From contig OZ257156.1 of the NCBI GenBank assembly GCA_965279375.1, positions 2,208,001 to 2,272,000 of the forward strand: a stretch of 64,000 nt of DNA, given 5' to 3'. The notes below the pieces were generated by a model, which was given only the letters and a program-made list of their open reading frames with translations, had not been told where the DNA came from and did no database searches. The position numbers were made by a program, and so were the translations under genes. Shown in pieces: positions 1-9,341 of this stretch. Positions within the stretch are counted from its first letter, which is position 1; each line of letters begins with the position of its first letter. The DNA comes from Gemmatimonas sp. (GTDB taxonomy: Bacteria; Gemmatimonadota; Gemmatimonadetes; Gemmatimonadales; Gemmatimonadaceae).

Positions 1-1065
1 AAGCACGAGTTCCACACCGCGGGTGGAGGCGACCGAACGCACCGCACGCGTGGTGTCGTGCACCAACTCCTCAAGATAGAGTGTCGCGTGCCGCGCGACG
101 AGATGCCCCGAGTCCGCGCGCGAGAGCAGGAAGAGGTCATCGACGATGCGGGTGAGCCGGCTCGCCGCGTCCTGGATGATCGTCACGGAGGCGCGATACT
201 CGGACTCCGTGCGATGTTCTCGCGACAAGGTGACGTCTGCTTCGGTGCGCACGACTGCGGTTGGGGTGCGCAGTTCGTGCGAGGCATCGGTGATGAATCG
301 ACGCTGACGATCGAACGACTGCTCCAGTCGATCGAGCAGTCCGTTGAAGACGCTGGCGAGCCCCATCAGTTCGGCGCCGCCGCCCACGGGCAGTCGCTCG
401 TACATGTTGCTGGCGCTGATCTCGGCCGCGCGTGCCGTCATCGTGGAGACCGGGGCGAGACTGCGCTTGGCGAGGAAGTAGCCACCGGTCGCCGCCGATG
501 CGAGCAGCAGCGGAATCGCGATGAGAAAGATCTGTCGAATCCGCGCGAGTACCTCCTCGATATCGCGAAGCGTATACGTGCCCGCGAGCGTGAAGTGCTG
601 TGCGTCGATGACGAGCGGGCGAGAGACGACGCGGAAGTCGCCGTCGGCCAACGTTATCGTCAGTGTTTGCGGCGTAGCGACGTCGTGCGTGCGCAGCGCG
701 CGAAGCAGTCGATCCTCGTCAACGGCTGTCGGGCGTCGCTCGGCCGCCGCGTAGTCGTCGCCAATGGCATTCATCGCCACCACGGCGCCGGTGGAATCGA
801 GAATGGCGATGTGCAGTTCGCGAAAGCGCACCTCGGACACCGTGCTGCGCATTGCGTCGAGCGGAGTCCACGCGGCGCGTCGTTCGGCGACGAGTTCGCG
901 GGAGAACGCGGTCAGTGCATCGCCGATGAACAAGTCTGTGCGGACCTGCAGTGAGCGCTCCACGACGACGTAGCAGACGACGGCGAACGCGACCAGCGGC
1001 AGCGCCAGCAGCATCGTGTACCACAGCGTCAGCCGCGACCGCAGCGAAGACGGCCACGACGTCAT
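1..1065 (-). CDS. Membrane sensor histidine kinase, runs off the left edge of the window
   Basis: Reverse strand reads MTSWPSSLRSRLTLWYTMLLAL... and contains the H-box FITDASHELRTP; lies directly downstream of an OmpR-type regulator. Missing from the ORF track because no stop codon falls in the window. Confidence 0.9.
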   Translation of the reverse strand, partial: MTSWPSSLRSRLTLWYTMLLALPLVAFAVVCYVVVERSLQVRTDLFIGDALTAFSRELVAERRAAWTPLDAMRSTVSEVRFRELHIAILDSTGAVVAMNAIGDDYAAAERRPTAVDEDRLLRALRTHDVATPQTLTITLADGDFRVVSRPLVIDAQHFTLAGTYTLRDIEEVLARIRQIFLIAIPLLLASAATGGYFLAKRSLAPVSTMTARAAEISASNMYERLPVGGGAELMGLASVFNGLLDRLEQSFDRQRRFITDASHELRTPTAVVRTEADVTLSREHRTESEYRASVTIIQDAASRLTRIVDDLFLLSRADSGHLVARHATLYLEELVHDTTRAVRSVASTRGVELVL

Positions 1066-1083
1066 GCGGGTACCGTCATTCGG

Positions 1084-1794
1084 TCAGCTCTTGCGTCGAG
1101 GGGCCGTGCGCGATGCCGCGCTGTCAGGGGCCTCCAGCACGAACCCGCTGCCACGCAACGTGGTGAAGAGCGGGAGCTCCTCCCCCTCGTCGATCTTGCG
1201 CCGTACGCGACTCGCGTAGACGTCGATGATGTTGGAGAAGGTCCCCTTGCTGTCTTCCCAGACGTGCGTCATCAGCTCGGCGCGACTCACGACGCGACCG
1301 GCATTGCGCGCAAGGTAGAGGAGAAACGCAAACTCCTTGGCGGTCAGCGTGATCTCTCGCTCGCCGCGGCGCACCGCGTGACGTTTGGTGTCGATCACGA
1401 GATCGCCCACCGTGATCAGCGGTTGCAGGGTGTCCGAGTGGCGACGGGTGAGTGCGCGCAAACGCGCCAGCAACTCCCCAAAATCGAACGGCTTGGTGAG
1501 GTAGTCGTCAGCGCCGGCGTCGAGTCCCGCGATCCGCTGCTCCACGCTGTCGAGTGCGGTCAGCATCAGGATGGGCACGCGATCGCCTCGCTCTCGAATC
1601 GAGCGGCAGATCTCGATCCCGCTCACATCCGGCAGCAGGACATCGAGAATGATCGCGTCGAACACCTTGGTCTCCGCGAGCTGCTGGGCCTGCGGTCCGG
1701 TCGCCGCTTGCTCGACCGTGTAGGCGGCTTCGCGGAGCCCGCGCACGATGGAGGTGCGCAGCTGGCGATCATCTTCGGCAAACATGAGGCGCAT
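1084..1794 (-). CDS. OmpR/PhoB-family response regulator
   Basis: Receiver motifs AEDD, ILDVLLP, MLTA, GADDYLTKPF; winged-helix C-terminus (LTAKEFAFL...TLRGSGF). Confidence 0.95.
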   Translation of the reverse strand: MRLMFAEDDRQLRTSIVRGLREAAYTVEQAATGPQAQQLAETKVFDAIILDVLLPDVSGIEICRSIRERGDRVPILMLTALDSVEQRIAGLDAGADDYLTKPFDFGELLARLRALTRRHSDTLQPLITVGDLVIDTKRHAVRRGEREITLTAKEFAFLLYLARNAGRVVSRAELMTHVWEDSKGTFSNIIDVYASRVRRKIDEGEELPLFTTLRGSGFVLEAPDSAASRTAPRRKS

Positions 1795-1860
1795 GCGTAC
1801 AAGCTACGCATGCGCCTGCAGTGTGCCTACTCGCGCCAGTGCGGCGCGGGCCGGTTCCAG

Positions 1861-2691
1861 CTAGGCCGCCGAGCCGACTTCCTCGACGGGCGCTGGCTGC
1901 GTGGCGCGGATCCCCGGGCCGATGGTGAGCCAATCGGTGCGGGCGCGGTCCCATTCCTGGATGATGACGCCGTAGCGCTCGAACAGGCGTCGGATCTGCA
2001 CCGGGCCGTATTCCAGCAGTTCCTCGAGCACGGGCACGAGCACGCTGATCGCGTCGTCGCTGATGATCGTGCGGCGGGCGATCTGGGCGATGCGGCGCGC
2101 CTCGGAGGCGGCGATGGTCAGCCCCTCGCCGCGGTTCACGTGCAGCATCACATGCAGGTCACTGGACCCATCGCCAACGTAAATGACCCGCTCCGCCGGG
2201 ACACCGAGCCGAGCGCGCAGCTGATCGACCTCGGCGACCTTCCCAAACCCAGCCGGGACGCGCGCGATCGATTCAATCTCACCACTGCCGTGATTATAGC
2301 CGAATTGTGTGCCGATGATGTTCTCTCTTGGCACCAGTCCTTCGAGGGCCGAGTGCACCACGTCCTCGGGCGCGGCCGACACCACGAAGAAGTCGAAGGT
2401 GGCCTCGTCGATCCCGTCGGCCAAGGCGCGCGTCAGCAGGGCGATGTTGCGCTTGAGCCGGATCTGCTTGCCCACCGCGATCAGGTGCTCGCGGCGAACC
2501 CGACGATACTCCGGGTCGTGTCGAAGCAGATACGAGAGCTCGGCGCCTTCCTGCACCAGGTTGAGCCCGGAGAGCGACGCCACCTTGGCCCCGAACCCAC
2601 CAATGCCCAGCATGTCGCTCAGGACGTGTCCCGAGTCGTTGAAGCTGAGCGTCTGATCGAAGTCACTCACCAACAGATAGTGCTTACGCAT
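1861..2691 (-). CDS. HAD-superfamily (IB-like) phosphatase
   Basis: Motif I DFDQT, motif II VVSA, motif III GK, motif IV GDGSSD. Start moved to MRKHYLL, which has a GGAGG RBS. Confidence 0.85.
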   Translation of the reverse strand: MRKHYLLVSDFDQTLSFNDSGHVLSDMLGIGGFGAKVASLSGLNLVQEGAELSYLLRHDPEYRRVRREHLIAVGKQIRLKRNIALLTRALADGIDEATFDFFVVSAAPEDVVHSALEGLVPRENIIGTQFGYNHGSGEIESIARVPAGFGKVAEVDQLRARLGVPAERVIYVGDGSSDLHVMLHVNRGEGLTIAASEARRIAQIARRTIISDDAISVLVPVLEELLEYGPVQIRRLFERYGVIIQEWDRARTDWLTIGPGIRATQPAPVEEVGSAA

Positions 2692-2766
2692 ACGTCCTCC
2701 TGACGTGTGGCGCTCGTGTTCAGACCAACCACGACCACCGAGACGAGCTCCGCCGTTCCATCGCAC

Positions 2767-2804
2767 AAAAAACCCCCGCGTCCGGTGCTGCTGGGAGGCG
2801 GGGG
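2767..2804 (-). terminator. Intrinsic terminator upstream of the HAD gene
   Basis: Minus strand CCCCCGCCTCC-loop-GGACGCGGGGG followed by TTTTTT. Confidence 0.8.
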
Positions 2805-2910
2805 CGACACCGGCGATGCGCACGGGGAGCGGAACACTGCTCAGGGCGTCATCGTGATGCGGCTATGGATACGAGCGGGACGGGGCTCAATCGGCGAACC
2901 CCGCTTACGA

Positions 2911-2939
2911 ACCGTAGGAGGGGCGACAGGCGATGTCAA
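2911..2939 (-). promoter_or_regulatory. Sigma70-type promoter
   Basis: Minus strand TTGACA-N17-TACGGT: perfect -35, 17-nt spacer, -10 with the conserved TA...T. Confidence 0.65.
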
Positions 2940-2963
2940 TGGAACGGTTGCGCTGTGACGAGC

Positions 2964-4124
2964 TCAGTACTTGTCAGTGGCAGGATGAAACGTGCGCCAG
3001 CTGTGCCAGAATTCCTGACTGGCATTGAGTGACACCAGTGTGCCAGATGCCCCTTTGCCCGTCAGCGAGTAGCTCGCCGTCGGCGTGACAAGCGAGTCGC
3101 CGCGCAGTTCGAATCGCGCGGCGGTGTCCGGGCGAACAAACGCGAAGAAGCTCGTGCTGTCGGGGCTCAGCACCAAAACAATGGGCGTACCGCCAACGTC
3201 GTCCTGCACCAGACGTTCGCGACGAAGCCGGTTCCAATCGTAGGCCTTGCTGGCGTTGCCGACCGCGAGTCCAACCACCCACGACTTGTCGTGCCACGAC
3301 GCGGTGTCGGTGCCGGTGAGATCCTTGCGGCTCGTGCCACGCTCGTATGCGTAGTCCTTGCTGTATTCGTCGGCGAACGTGGAGTCGGCCTGCATGATCA
3401 GGCTGTTCGGATACAGCGCGAGCCACTGACGCAGCGTCACCTGTCGCGTGGGCAACTCCGGCAGCGTCGTTCCCTTGCGCGGCCCCGTGATCGCTTCGCC
3501 GTTGGCCTGTCGCCACCAACTGCCGGTTGTCGCGTCCTCGAACATGGCGTTGAACTGGTCCATGCCTACCAGGCGAAACGTCTCCGGCACGCCGTTGACC
3601 GCCGGCGTGAAGATGCGGCCGGTGCGACAGACGGTGCAGTAGCTGACGAGGATAGGCTCACCGCCAATGCTGTCGCGCACCTGATGGTGGTAGCCGATGT
3701 ACTGCAGCGGATAGGCGCGCGCCTCGCCATTTCGCTCGATGCCCACCACGAGCCGGTCGAGCGCGACCTTGTTCTGCGCGCTGGGCACCATGGCAACGAC
3801 GGTCGGCTGCAGGAACATGTGGTCGGCCGACATCTGGAAGTTGAACGCGTACGTCACGCCAGCAACCAGCAGCAGCGCCATCGGTGCCAGCCAACGCTTG
3901 AATCCGGTCGCACCAAACGCGGGCAGAAACCAGAACAGGATCATGCCGCCGAACAGACCGCGCAACGGCCAGCGCCAGCCGTAGATCAGGTAGGCGTAGT
4001 CGATACTGCGCATGCGCTGACTGCCAGGCATCGGCATGATGAAGTAGACGTTCGCGATCTCGAGCGCGAGCAAACCGACAATGCCAATCCAGAAAATCGA
4101 ACGACGCGAGGCAAGTGATGACAT
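2964..4124 (-). CDS. DUF3179-like membrane-anchored CxxC protein
   Basis: Three N-terminal hydrophobic segments; ARAYP, SYCTVCRTG, DATTGSWWRQ and FWHSWRTFHP motifs typical of DUF3179. Confidence 0.7.
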   Translation of the reverse strand: MSSLASRRSIFWIGIVGLLALEIANVYFIMPMPGSQRMRSIDYAYLIYGWRWPLRGLFGGMILFWFLPAFGATGFKRWLAPMALLLVAGVTYAFNFQMSADHMFLQPTVVAMVPSAQNKVALDRLVVGIERNGEARAYPLQYIGYHHQVRDSIGGEPILVSYCTVCRTGRIFTPAVNGVPETFRLVGMDQFNAMFEDATTGSWWRQANGEAITGPRKGTTLPELPTRQVTLRQWLALYPNSLIMQADSTFADEYSKDYAYERGTSRKDLTGTDTASWHDKSWVVGLAVGNASKAYDWNRLRRERLVQDDVGGTPIVLVLSPDSTSFFAFVRPDTAARFELRGDSLVTPTASYSLTGKGASGTLVSLNASQEFWHSWRTFHPATDKY

Positions 4125-4155
4125 GGATCGAATACGGTAGGGTGAAGACGGATTG

Positions 4156-5775
4156 CTACTTCAAGATGCCTTTCGTCTGCGCGGCGAGCGCCAGCGCAAC
4201 GCCATTGCTCCAGCCAAAGCCGTCCTGCGTGGGGTACTCGCCGCCGCCGGCGGCGCGGTTGGGATCGGTGACGTCGTACTTCTCGGTCATCTTGCCGCTC
4301 GTCGCATACACGCGCCGATTGAGCGCAAGCCATCGCTCACGCGCTCCGTCAGCGAGATCTCCACGGCCGTAGCGACGTACACCTTCCATGCCGAGCCACT
4401 GCAGCGGCGGCCAGCCGTTGGGCGCGTCCCACTGCTGACCGGACGCCACGAGCGTAGTGACGAATCCGCCGGACTTGAGAAAGTCCTTCTCCAATCGCGC
4501 CGCGACCGCGCGCCCCTGCTCAGCTGTCGCCACGCGGAAGTAGAGCGGTGCGGCTGCGGCCATCGTTGGGCGCGTGCGTTCGGGAGTTCCTGTACGCCAC
4601 CGCACGTCGTAGAAGAAGCCGTTGCTGAAGGCATATCGGCGCAGCGCATCGCGACGCTTCAGGGCGGCCGCTTCGAACGATGCGCTTCTTGCCGCGTCGC
4701 CCGTGCCGTTCCGCTTGCGCAGCAAGGCGGCGATGGTGCGCTCCGCATGATACAGCAAACTGTTGAGATCGACCGGCGCGAGCTCGATCGTTTCGAGTGT
4801 GCGCAAGTCCTTCGCGTCGCGCATCCAGCGGCTCGAGAAATCCCAGCCACTTTCGGCCGCCGCGCGAATGTTGGTGTAGAGCGCGCGCTGTGCAGTTGGC
4901 GTCAGCGATTCAGCGAGTCGAAAATCCTCGCGATACGATTCCGGTCGCGGTGTGGGCAGGTCGTCGTAGTAGCGATTGAGCAGCGTACCATCGCGCAGGC
5001 GTACCACTCGGCGGTATGCGTTCCCGGGTTTCACGCGCGGTGCGCCGTCCATCCAGAAGTCATGCTCGCGCAGCATCGCGTCGAGATACGGCAGTGCCTT
5101 CGCGCTGTCGGTGGCATCGGCGTAGAGGCCAACCATCGCGGCAAAGAACGGCGGCTGGCTGCGACTGAGGTAGTAGCTGCGATTGCCGTTGGGAATGTGG
5201 CCGACCGTCGTGATGAGATGCGCGAAGTTGTCGAGCATGTGCTTCACGAGGTCGGTGCGCTTGCTCTCCACCAGCCCAAGCATCGTGAAGTACGAATCCC
5301 AGTAGTACACCTCGCGAAAGCGGCCACCCGGCACGACGTACGGATTGGGAAGCGGCAACAGCGACGACCGTGCATCGACGCTGTCCTTCGCGCGCGTGAG
5401 CACGGGCCAGAGCGATGTGATGTGCTGCTCCATGCTCTCGCCGCCCTTGGTGACGACGTCGCCACCGACTGCCTTGGGCGCTTCGAAGTTGCGCGCCACG
5501 AAGTCGCGCAGGGCAAAGCCGGGCGTGGACCGTTCCGCGCGATAGCGCTCGACGATGGCCGCCGGATCGGAGAGCGGTCGCGCATCGACGAACGTCTTGC
5601 TGTCGGGAAAGAGTTGCGCGAGCTGAATGTCGTGGAAGAGCGTGCCGAGATCGCGCGCAGGATCGTACGCGGCGCGGAATGACTGTGCGCGCTGCGCCTG
5701 CGCCGACGACGACAGGCACACGCCGAGGAGAACGGCGCTGACAGTGCCCGCGAGGCGAGTGGACGCGCGGCGCAT
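4156..5775 (-). CDS. treA: Periplasmic alpha,alpha-trehalase (GH37)
   Basis: Signal peptide; DSKTFVD, PGGRFREVYYWDSY, RSQPP, AESGWDFS, QWDAPNGW, GGGEY...GFGWSNG. Confidence 0.95.
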   Translation of the reverse strand: MRRASTRLAGTVSAVLLGVCLSSSAQAQRAQSFRAAYDPARDLGTLFHDIQLAQLFPDSKTFVDARPLSDPAAIVERYRAERSTPGFALRDFVARNFEAPKAVGGDVVTKGGESMEQHITSLWPVLTRAKDSVDARSSLLPLPNPYVVPGGRFREVYYWDSYFTMLGLVESKRTDLVKHMLDNFAHLITTVGHIPNGNRSYYLSRSQPPFFAAMVGLYADATDSAKALPYLDAMLREHDFWMDGAPRVKPGNAYRRVVRLRDGTLLNRYYDDLPTPRPESYREDFRLAESLTPTAQRALYTNIRAAAESGWDFSSRWMRDAKDLRTLETIELAPVDLNSLLYHAERTIAALLRKRNGTGDAARSASFEAAALKRRDALRRYAFSNGFFYDVRWRTGTPERTRPTMAAAAPLYFRVATAEQGRAVAARLEKDFLKSGGFVTTLVASGQQWDAPNGWPPLQWLGMEGVRRYGRGDLADGARERWLALNRRVYATSGKMTEKYDVTDPNRAAGGGEYPTQDGFGWSNGVALALAAQTKGILK

Positions 5776-7139
5776 CAGTGTCCCGCTCGCGCCGCCGGTG
5801 CGCTGGCGCTCCCGTCGTTACTCTTGGCCACCGTCACGAAGGCACAGGCCACGGCGGCGCAGCCGAGCAGCGCGCCCGCCAATCGGATGACATTCGCGGG
5901 ATTGCTACCCAGCAGCGGCTCGTAGAAGAACGGGAGCGAGACGTTCTGGATGAGCATTGGAATGACGATGAACATGTTGAAGACGCCCATGTACACGCCG
6001 ACGCGATCCTTGGGGATGGAGTCCGAGAGCATCACATACGGATTGCCCATCATGCTGCCCCACGCGAGGCCGATGCCGAGCATGGGCACAAAGAGCAGGG
6101 CACGGCTCTGAATGGACGGAATCGCGAGCATCGCCGCCGATGCGGCCACCAGCGCGATGACGTGCATCCACTTGGCACCGATGCGGCGCGTGATGGGCAC
6201 CATCGCGAACGCCGAGATGAACGCGATGAAGTTGTAGAATGCGCCGACCTGTCCCGTGACGAGCCCCGCTTCGCGAAAGCCCGGCGAGAGGGGATCCTTG
6301 GTGCCGAAGAGCGTGAGCGCGAGCGCCGGCGAGATGTAGATCCAGTAGCAGAACATGGCGTACCACTGGAAGAACATGAGCACGGCCATCTGCCGCATCG
6401 TTGACGGCATGTCGCGGAACGCTTCGGCGATCTCCTTGAGTGTGTTGCCGATTCCTCTGGGCATCGCCTGAATGCGGGCGCGCTCGTCGGCGGTGAGCGG
6501 CAGTTCAGGGGTCGTCTTGACGGACCAAAGAATGGAGAGAATCGAGAACGCGGCGCCCATCAGGAAGGCGAGCATCGTGATGGTCGGGATGCCGCGATCG
6601 TTCACGGCGTCGCGGTTCATGCCCATGAACACGAGCAGCGACGGCGTGATGTATGAGAGTGTTTGCCCCAACCCCGTGAAGGCGCTCTGCGTGAGGAAAC
6701 CGAGCGATGTCTGCGTGCCGTCGAGGCGATCGGAGACGTAGGCGCGGTACGGTTCCATCGTGATGTTGTTGGCCGCGTCGAGAATCCAGAGAATGCCGGC
6801 GGCCATCCAGAGCGATCGGCTGAACGGCATCGCGAAGAGCGAGAGCGAACAGAGAATCGCGCCGATGAGGAAGTACGGTGTGCGTCGCCCGCGCGGGCTC
6901 AGCGTGCGATCGCTCATCGCGCCAACGATGGGCTGTACGATGAGCCCCGTGATCGGACCGGCGAGATAGAGGAACGGCAGACTCGCTTCGTCCGCTCCCA
7001 GATAGCGGTAGATTGGGCTCATGTTCCCCTGCTGGAGCCCAAAGCTGTACTGGATTCCGAAGAATCCGATGTTCATGTTGACGATCTGGGAGAACGAGAG
7101 CAGCGGTCTCGTCGGCGTCACGGCGGCGGGTTTGTTCAT
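5775..7139 (-). CDS. MFS sugar (maltose/sucrose/trehalose-type) transporter
   Basis: About 12 hydrophobic segments; [47 protein letters not shown]. Start set at MNKPAA; its stop overlaps the trehalase start by 1 nt. Confidence 0.92.
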   Translation of the reverse strand: MNKPAAVTPTRPLLSFSQIVNMNIGFFGIQYSFGLQQGNMSPIYRYLGADEASLPFLYLAGPITGLIVQPIVGAMSDRTLSPRGRRTPYFLIGAILCSLSLFAMPFSRSLWMAAGILWILDAANNITMEPYRAYVSDRLDGTQTSLGFLTQSAFTGLGQTLSYITPSLLVFMGMNRDAVNDRGIPTITMLAFLMGAAFSILSILWSVKTTPELPLTADERARIQAMPRGIGNTLKEIAEAFRDMPSTMRQMAVLMFFQWYAMFCYWIYISPALALTLFGTKDPLSPGFREAGLVTGQVGAFYNFIAFISAFAMVPITRRIGAKWMHVIALVAASAAMLAIPSIQSRALLFVPMLGIGLAWGSMMGNPYVMLSDSIPKDRVGVYMGVFNMFIVIPMLIQNVSLPFFYEPLLGSNPANVIRLAGALLGCAAVACAFVTVAKSNDGSASAPAARAGH

Positions 7140-7163
7140 GGGCAATTTTCGCGTGAGGCAGCA

Positions 7164-8309
7164 GTGGATGTCCAGAGTGGGCGAGACGACGAGGCCGTAG
7201 CGCTCCTGCGCGCGTTGAGCGGCCCCGACGGCATTCATGCATCGTTGTCTGCGACAGCGAATTATCGGGCGGTGTTTGCGCGGGACGCGGTGATGGCGGG
7301 AACGGCGGGGCTGCTGCTGGGCGATCCGATCGTCACGCAGGGGCTCGTGCGAACGCTCGAACGGTTACGCGACTTGCAGGGGCCGGCGGGGCAGATCGCG
7401 TCCAACTTCGAAATCCATCCGGACCGCGCGCCTCACGTCAGCTTTGGCACCCTCGCGCCGCGCATCGATTCGGCGACGTGGTACCTGCTGGGCATTGCGT
7501 TCGGTGCTCAGGAGGGTGTGCTCGACGCGGAGGCCTTTCGGGGGTCGGCCCGCGCGGTCGTGCACCTGCTGGACGGCATCGAGTATAACGGTCGGCACCT
7601 GCTCTACATCCCCACGGGCGGGAACTGGGCCGACGAGTACATCTACGACGGCTATATCCTGTACGATCAGGTGCTGCGCGCCTGGGCGCTACGGTTGTTG
7701 GCCACCACGTACAACGAGCCGACCTGGCGCACCAAGGCCGAGCAGATCGGCGCGGCGATCGAGTCACGCTACTGGCTCGACCCGGCACGTGAGCGTGGGC
7801 ATCCTGCCGCCTCGCTGTCACCGATCGGGTCGCAGGACATGTTCGACCTGGCGGCCTGCAGCCTGCTGGCCCTGTCCGGGGTGGCACCCAAGCTCGCGTC
7901 GGCGGCGCTCGACTGGATCGACGAGACCTTTCTGTCGCACGCCAAGTTGCCGCCCGCCTTTCACCCAGTCATCGACGAGCAGAGTCCCCTCTGGCCGGCG
8001 CTCCGTCGCTACCACCTGCACGACTTCCGAAACGCGCCGCACGAGTACCACAACGGCGGCATCTGGCCGATCTGGCTGGGGTGGCTGTCGCTCGCGCTCT
8101 CGCATACGGGGCGTGCTTCCGAGCTGGAGCGGTTGTGCACCGTGGCCGATGAAGCTTTGCGCGACGGTGCGCCGTATGCATTCGAGGAGTACCTGCACGG
8201 CCAGACCGGCGAGCCGGCCGGCACGCAGCGCATGGCGTACTCCGCGACCGGCATGGTCTTCATGCGGCGCGCGGCACTGCCCGACACTCTACAGTTCTTT
8301 TCCGCGTGA
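7164..8309 (+). CDS. Cytoplasmic GH100-like (alkaline/neutral invertase-like) glycoside hydrolase
   Basis: YRAVFARD, NWADEY, YHNGGIWP and FEEYLHG motifs parallel GH100-type (alpha/alpha)6 enzymes. The GTG start at 7164 is inferred; the 6663 start in the track overlaps the MFS gene. Confidence 0.7.
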   Translation: MDVQSGRDDEAVALLRALSGPDGIHASLSATANYRAVFARDAVMAGTAGLLLGDPIVTQGLVRTLERLRDLQGPAGQIASNFEIHPDRAPHVSFGTLAPRIDSATWYLLGIAFGAQEGVLDAEAFRGSARAVVHLLDGIEYNGRHLLYIPTGGNWADEYIYDGYILYDQVLRAWALRLLATTYNEPTWRTKAEQIGAAIESRYWLDPARERGHPAASLSPIGSQDMFDLAACSLLALSGVAPKLASAALDWIDETFLSHAKLPPAFHPVIDEQSPLWPALRRYHLHDFRNAPHEYHNGGIWPIWLGWLSLALSHTGRASELERLCTVADEALRDGAPYAFEEYLHGQTGEPAGTQRMAYSATGMVFMRRAALPDTLQFFSA

Positions 8310-8319
8310 GGACGCGCGC

Positions 8320-8994
8320 ATGACTCAGGATCGCTCGAGCGATGAAATGATCGACCCCGGCACGGATAGCGTGCCGACGAGCGCGGAGTCGTTGGCGCGA
8401 CAGCTGTTGGCGCTGCTGCCGGTGCTCTGGGAGTCGCACGCGATGCGACGTCGCGTGATCGGCATCGCCGGCGAGTCCGGCAGCGGCAAGTCGGTCACCG
8501 CGGACACCCTGGCGCGGCTGAGCAACGCGGCAGGCGTGCGCACGATGGTGATCAATCAGGACAACTACTTCGTGCTGCCGCCGCGCACCAATCATGAGCA
8601 TCGCTGCGAAGATCTCGCGAACGTGGGACCGCACGAAGTGCAGATGTCACTGATCGCGGAGCACGTGCAGGCGTTCCGCATGCGGCGAAACGCCGTAGTC
8701 GCGCCGTTGGTGGATTATCCCGGCAATCGGTTCGTGACGCAGACGTACGATTTCGCCGACATCGAACTGCTGATCGTGGAAGGGACGTACGTGCTGCAAC
8801 TGCCCGATCTGGATACGCGGATTTTTCTCGAAGCGACACACGAGGAGACGGAGGAGCGTCGGCGGGCGCGGAACCGGGATATTGACGAGCCGATTGTGGC
8901 GCAGGTGCTGGCGATCGAGCATGAGATCATCGCGCAGCAGGCGGTGGTGGCGGACGTCCTGATCGATGCGACGTTCAGTATCGTGCGGGGCTGA
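8320..8994 (+). CDS. Uridine kinase/phosphoribulokinase-fold P-loop kinase
   Basis: VIGIAGESGSGKS Walker A, INQDNYF, LIVEGTY; GAGG RBS before the ATG at 8320. Confidence 0.8.
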   Translation: MTQDRSSDEMIDPGTDSVPTSAESLARQLLALLPVLWESHAMRRRVIGIAGESGSGKSVTADTLARLSNAAGVRTMVINQDNYFVLPPRTNHEHRCEDLANVGPHEVQMSLIAEHVQAFRMRRNAVVAPLVDYPGNRFVTQTYDFADIELLIVEGTYVLQLPDLDTRIFLEATHEETEERRRARNRDIDEPIVAQVLAIEHEIIAQQAVVADVLIDATFSIVRG

Positions 8995-9026
8995 CGCGAC
9001 GCGGAGCACGCTACACCACTCCCGTC

Positions 9027-9337
9027 ACCGGTTACGCAGTTCGCTCCACTCACGACTCACCACTCATGACTCGCGACCCGGAACAGAGGTGAGTCGTACT
9101 AGCCACGCGAGATGATGCACGCGGACGGTTGCGGTGTTTCCGGACGGCACGGAGGTCACCCGAAACCGAGGGCGGTTTCGGGTAACCGGTAGCCTGTTTT
9201 TCTCTCGCGAACTGACATCGCCCGGAACCGCAAACCCGACACAGCTCTGTTCCGGGTCGCGAGTGGTGGGTGGCCAGTCTTGAGTGGAGCGAACTGCGTG
9301 ACCGGTTACCGAACCGCAAACAGCGTGACCGGTTACC
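9027..9337. repeat. Nested palindromic element (MITE/REP-like or structured RNA)
   Basis: 62-bp imperfect inverted arms 9027-9088 and 9245-9306 (26-nt block with 1 mismatch plus 20-nt perfect block), inner 11-bp hairpin ACCCGAAACCG/CGGTTTCGGGT, direct repeats GTGACCGGTTACC x2 and GAACCGCAAAC x2. Confidence 0.75.
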
Positions 9338-9341
9338 CGAC

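Noticed and set aside
58..954. 298-aa plus-strand ORF
   Set aside because: Antisense shadow of the minus-strand histidine kinase; no motifs.
6663..8319. Long N-terminal extensions of track ORFs 6663..8309 and 7444..8994
   Set aside because: They overlap real genes; the motif-bearing parts begin near 7164 and 8320.
9027..9337. Possible CRISPR array or IS element
   Set aside because: The repeats are mainly inverted with no regular repeat-spacer period, and there is no cas or transposase gene in the window.
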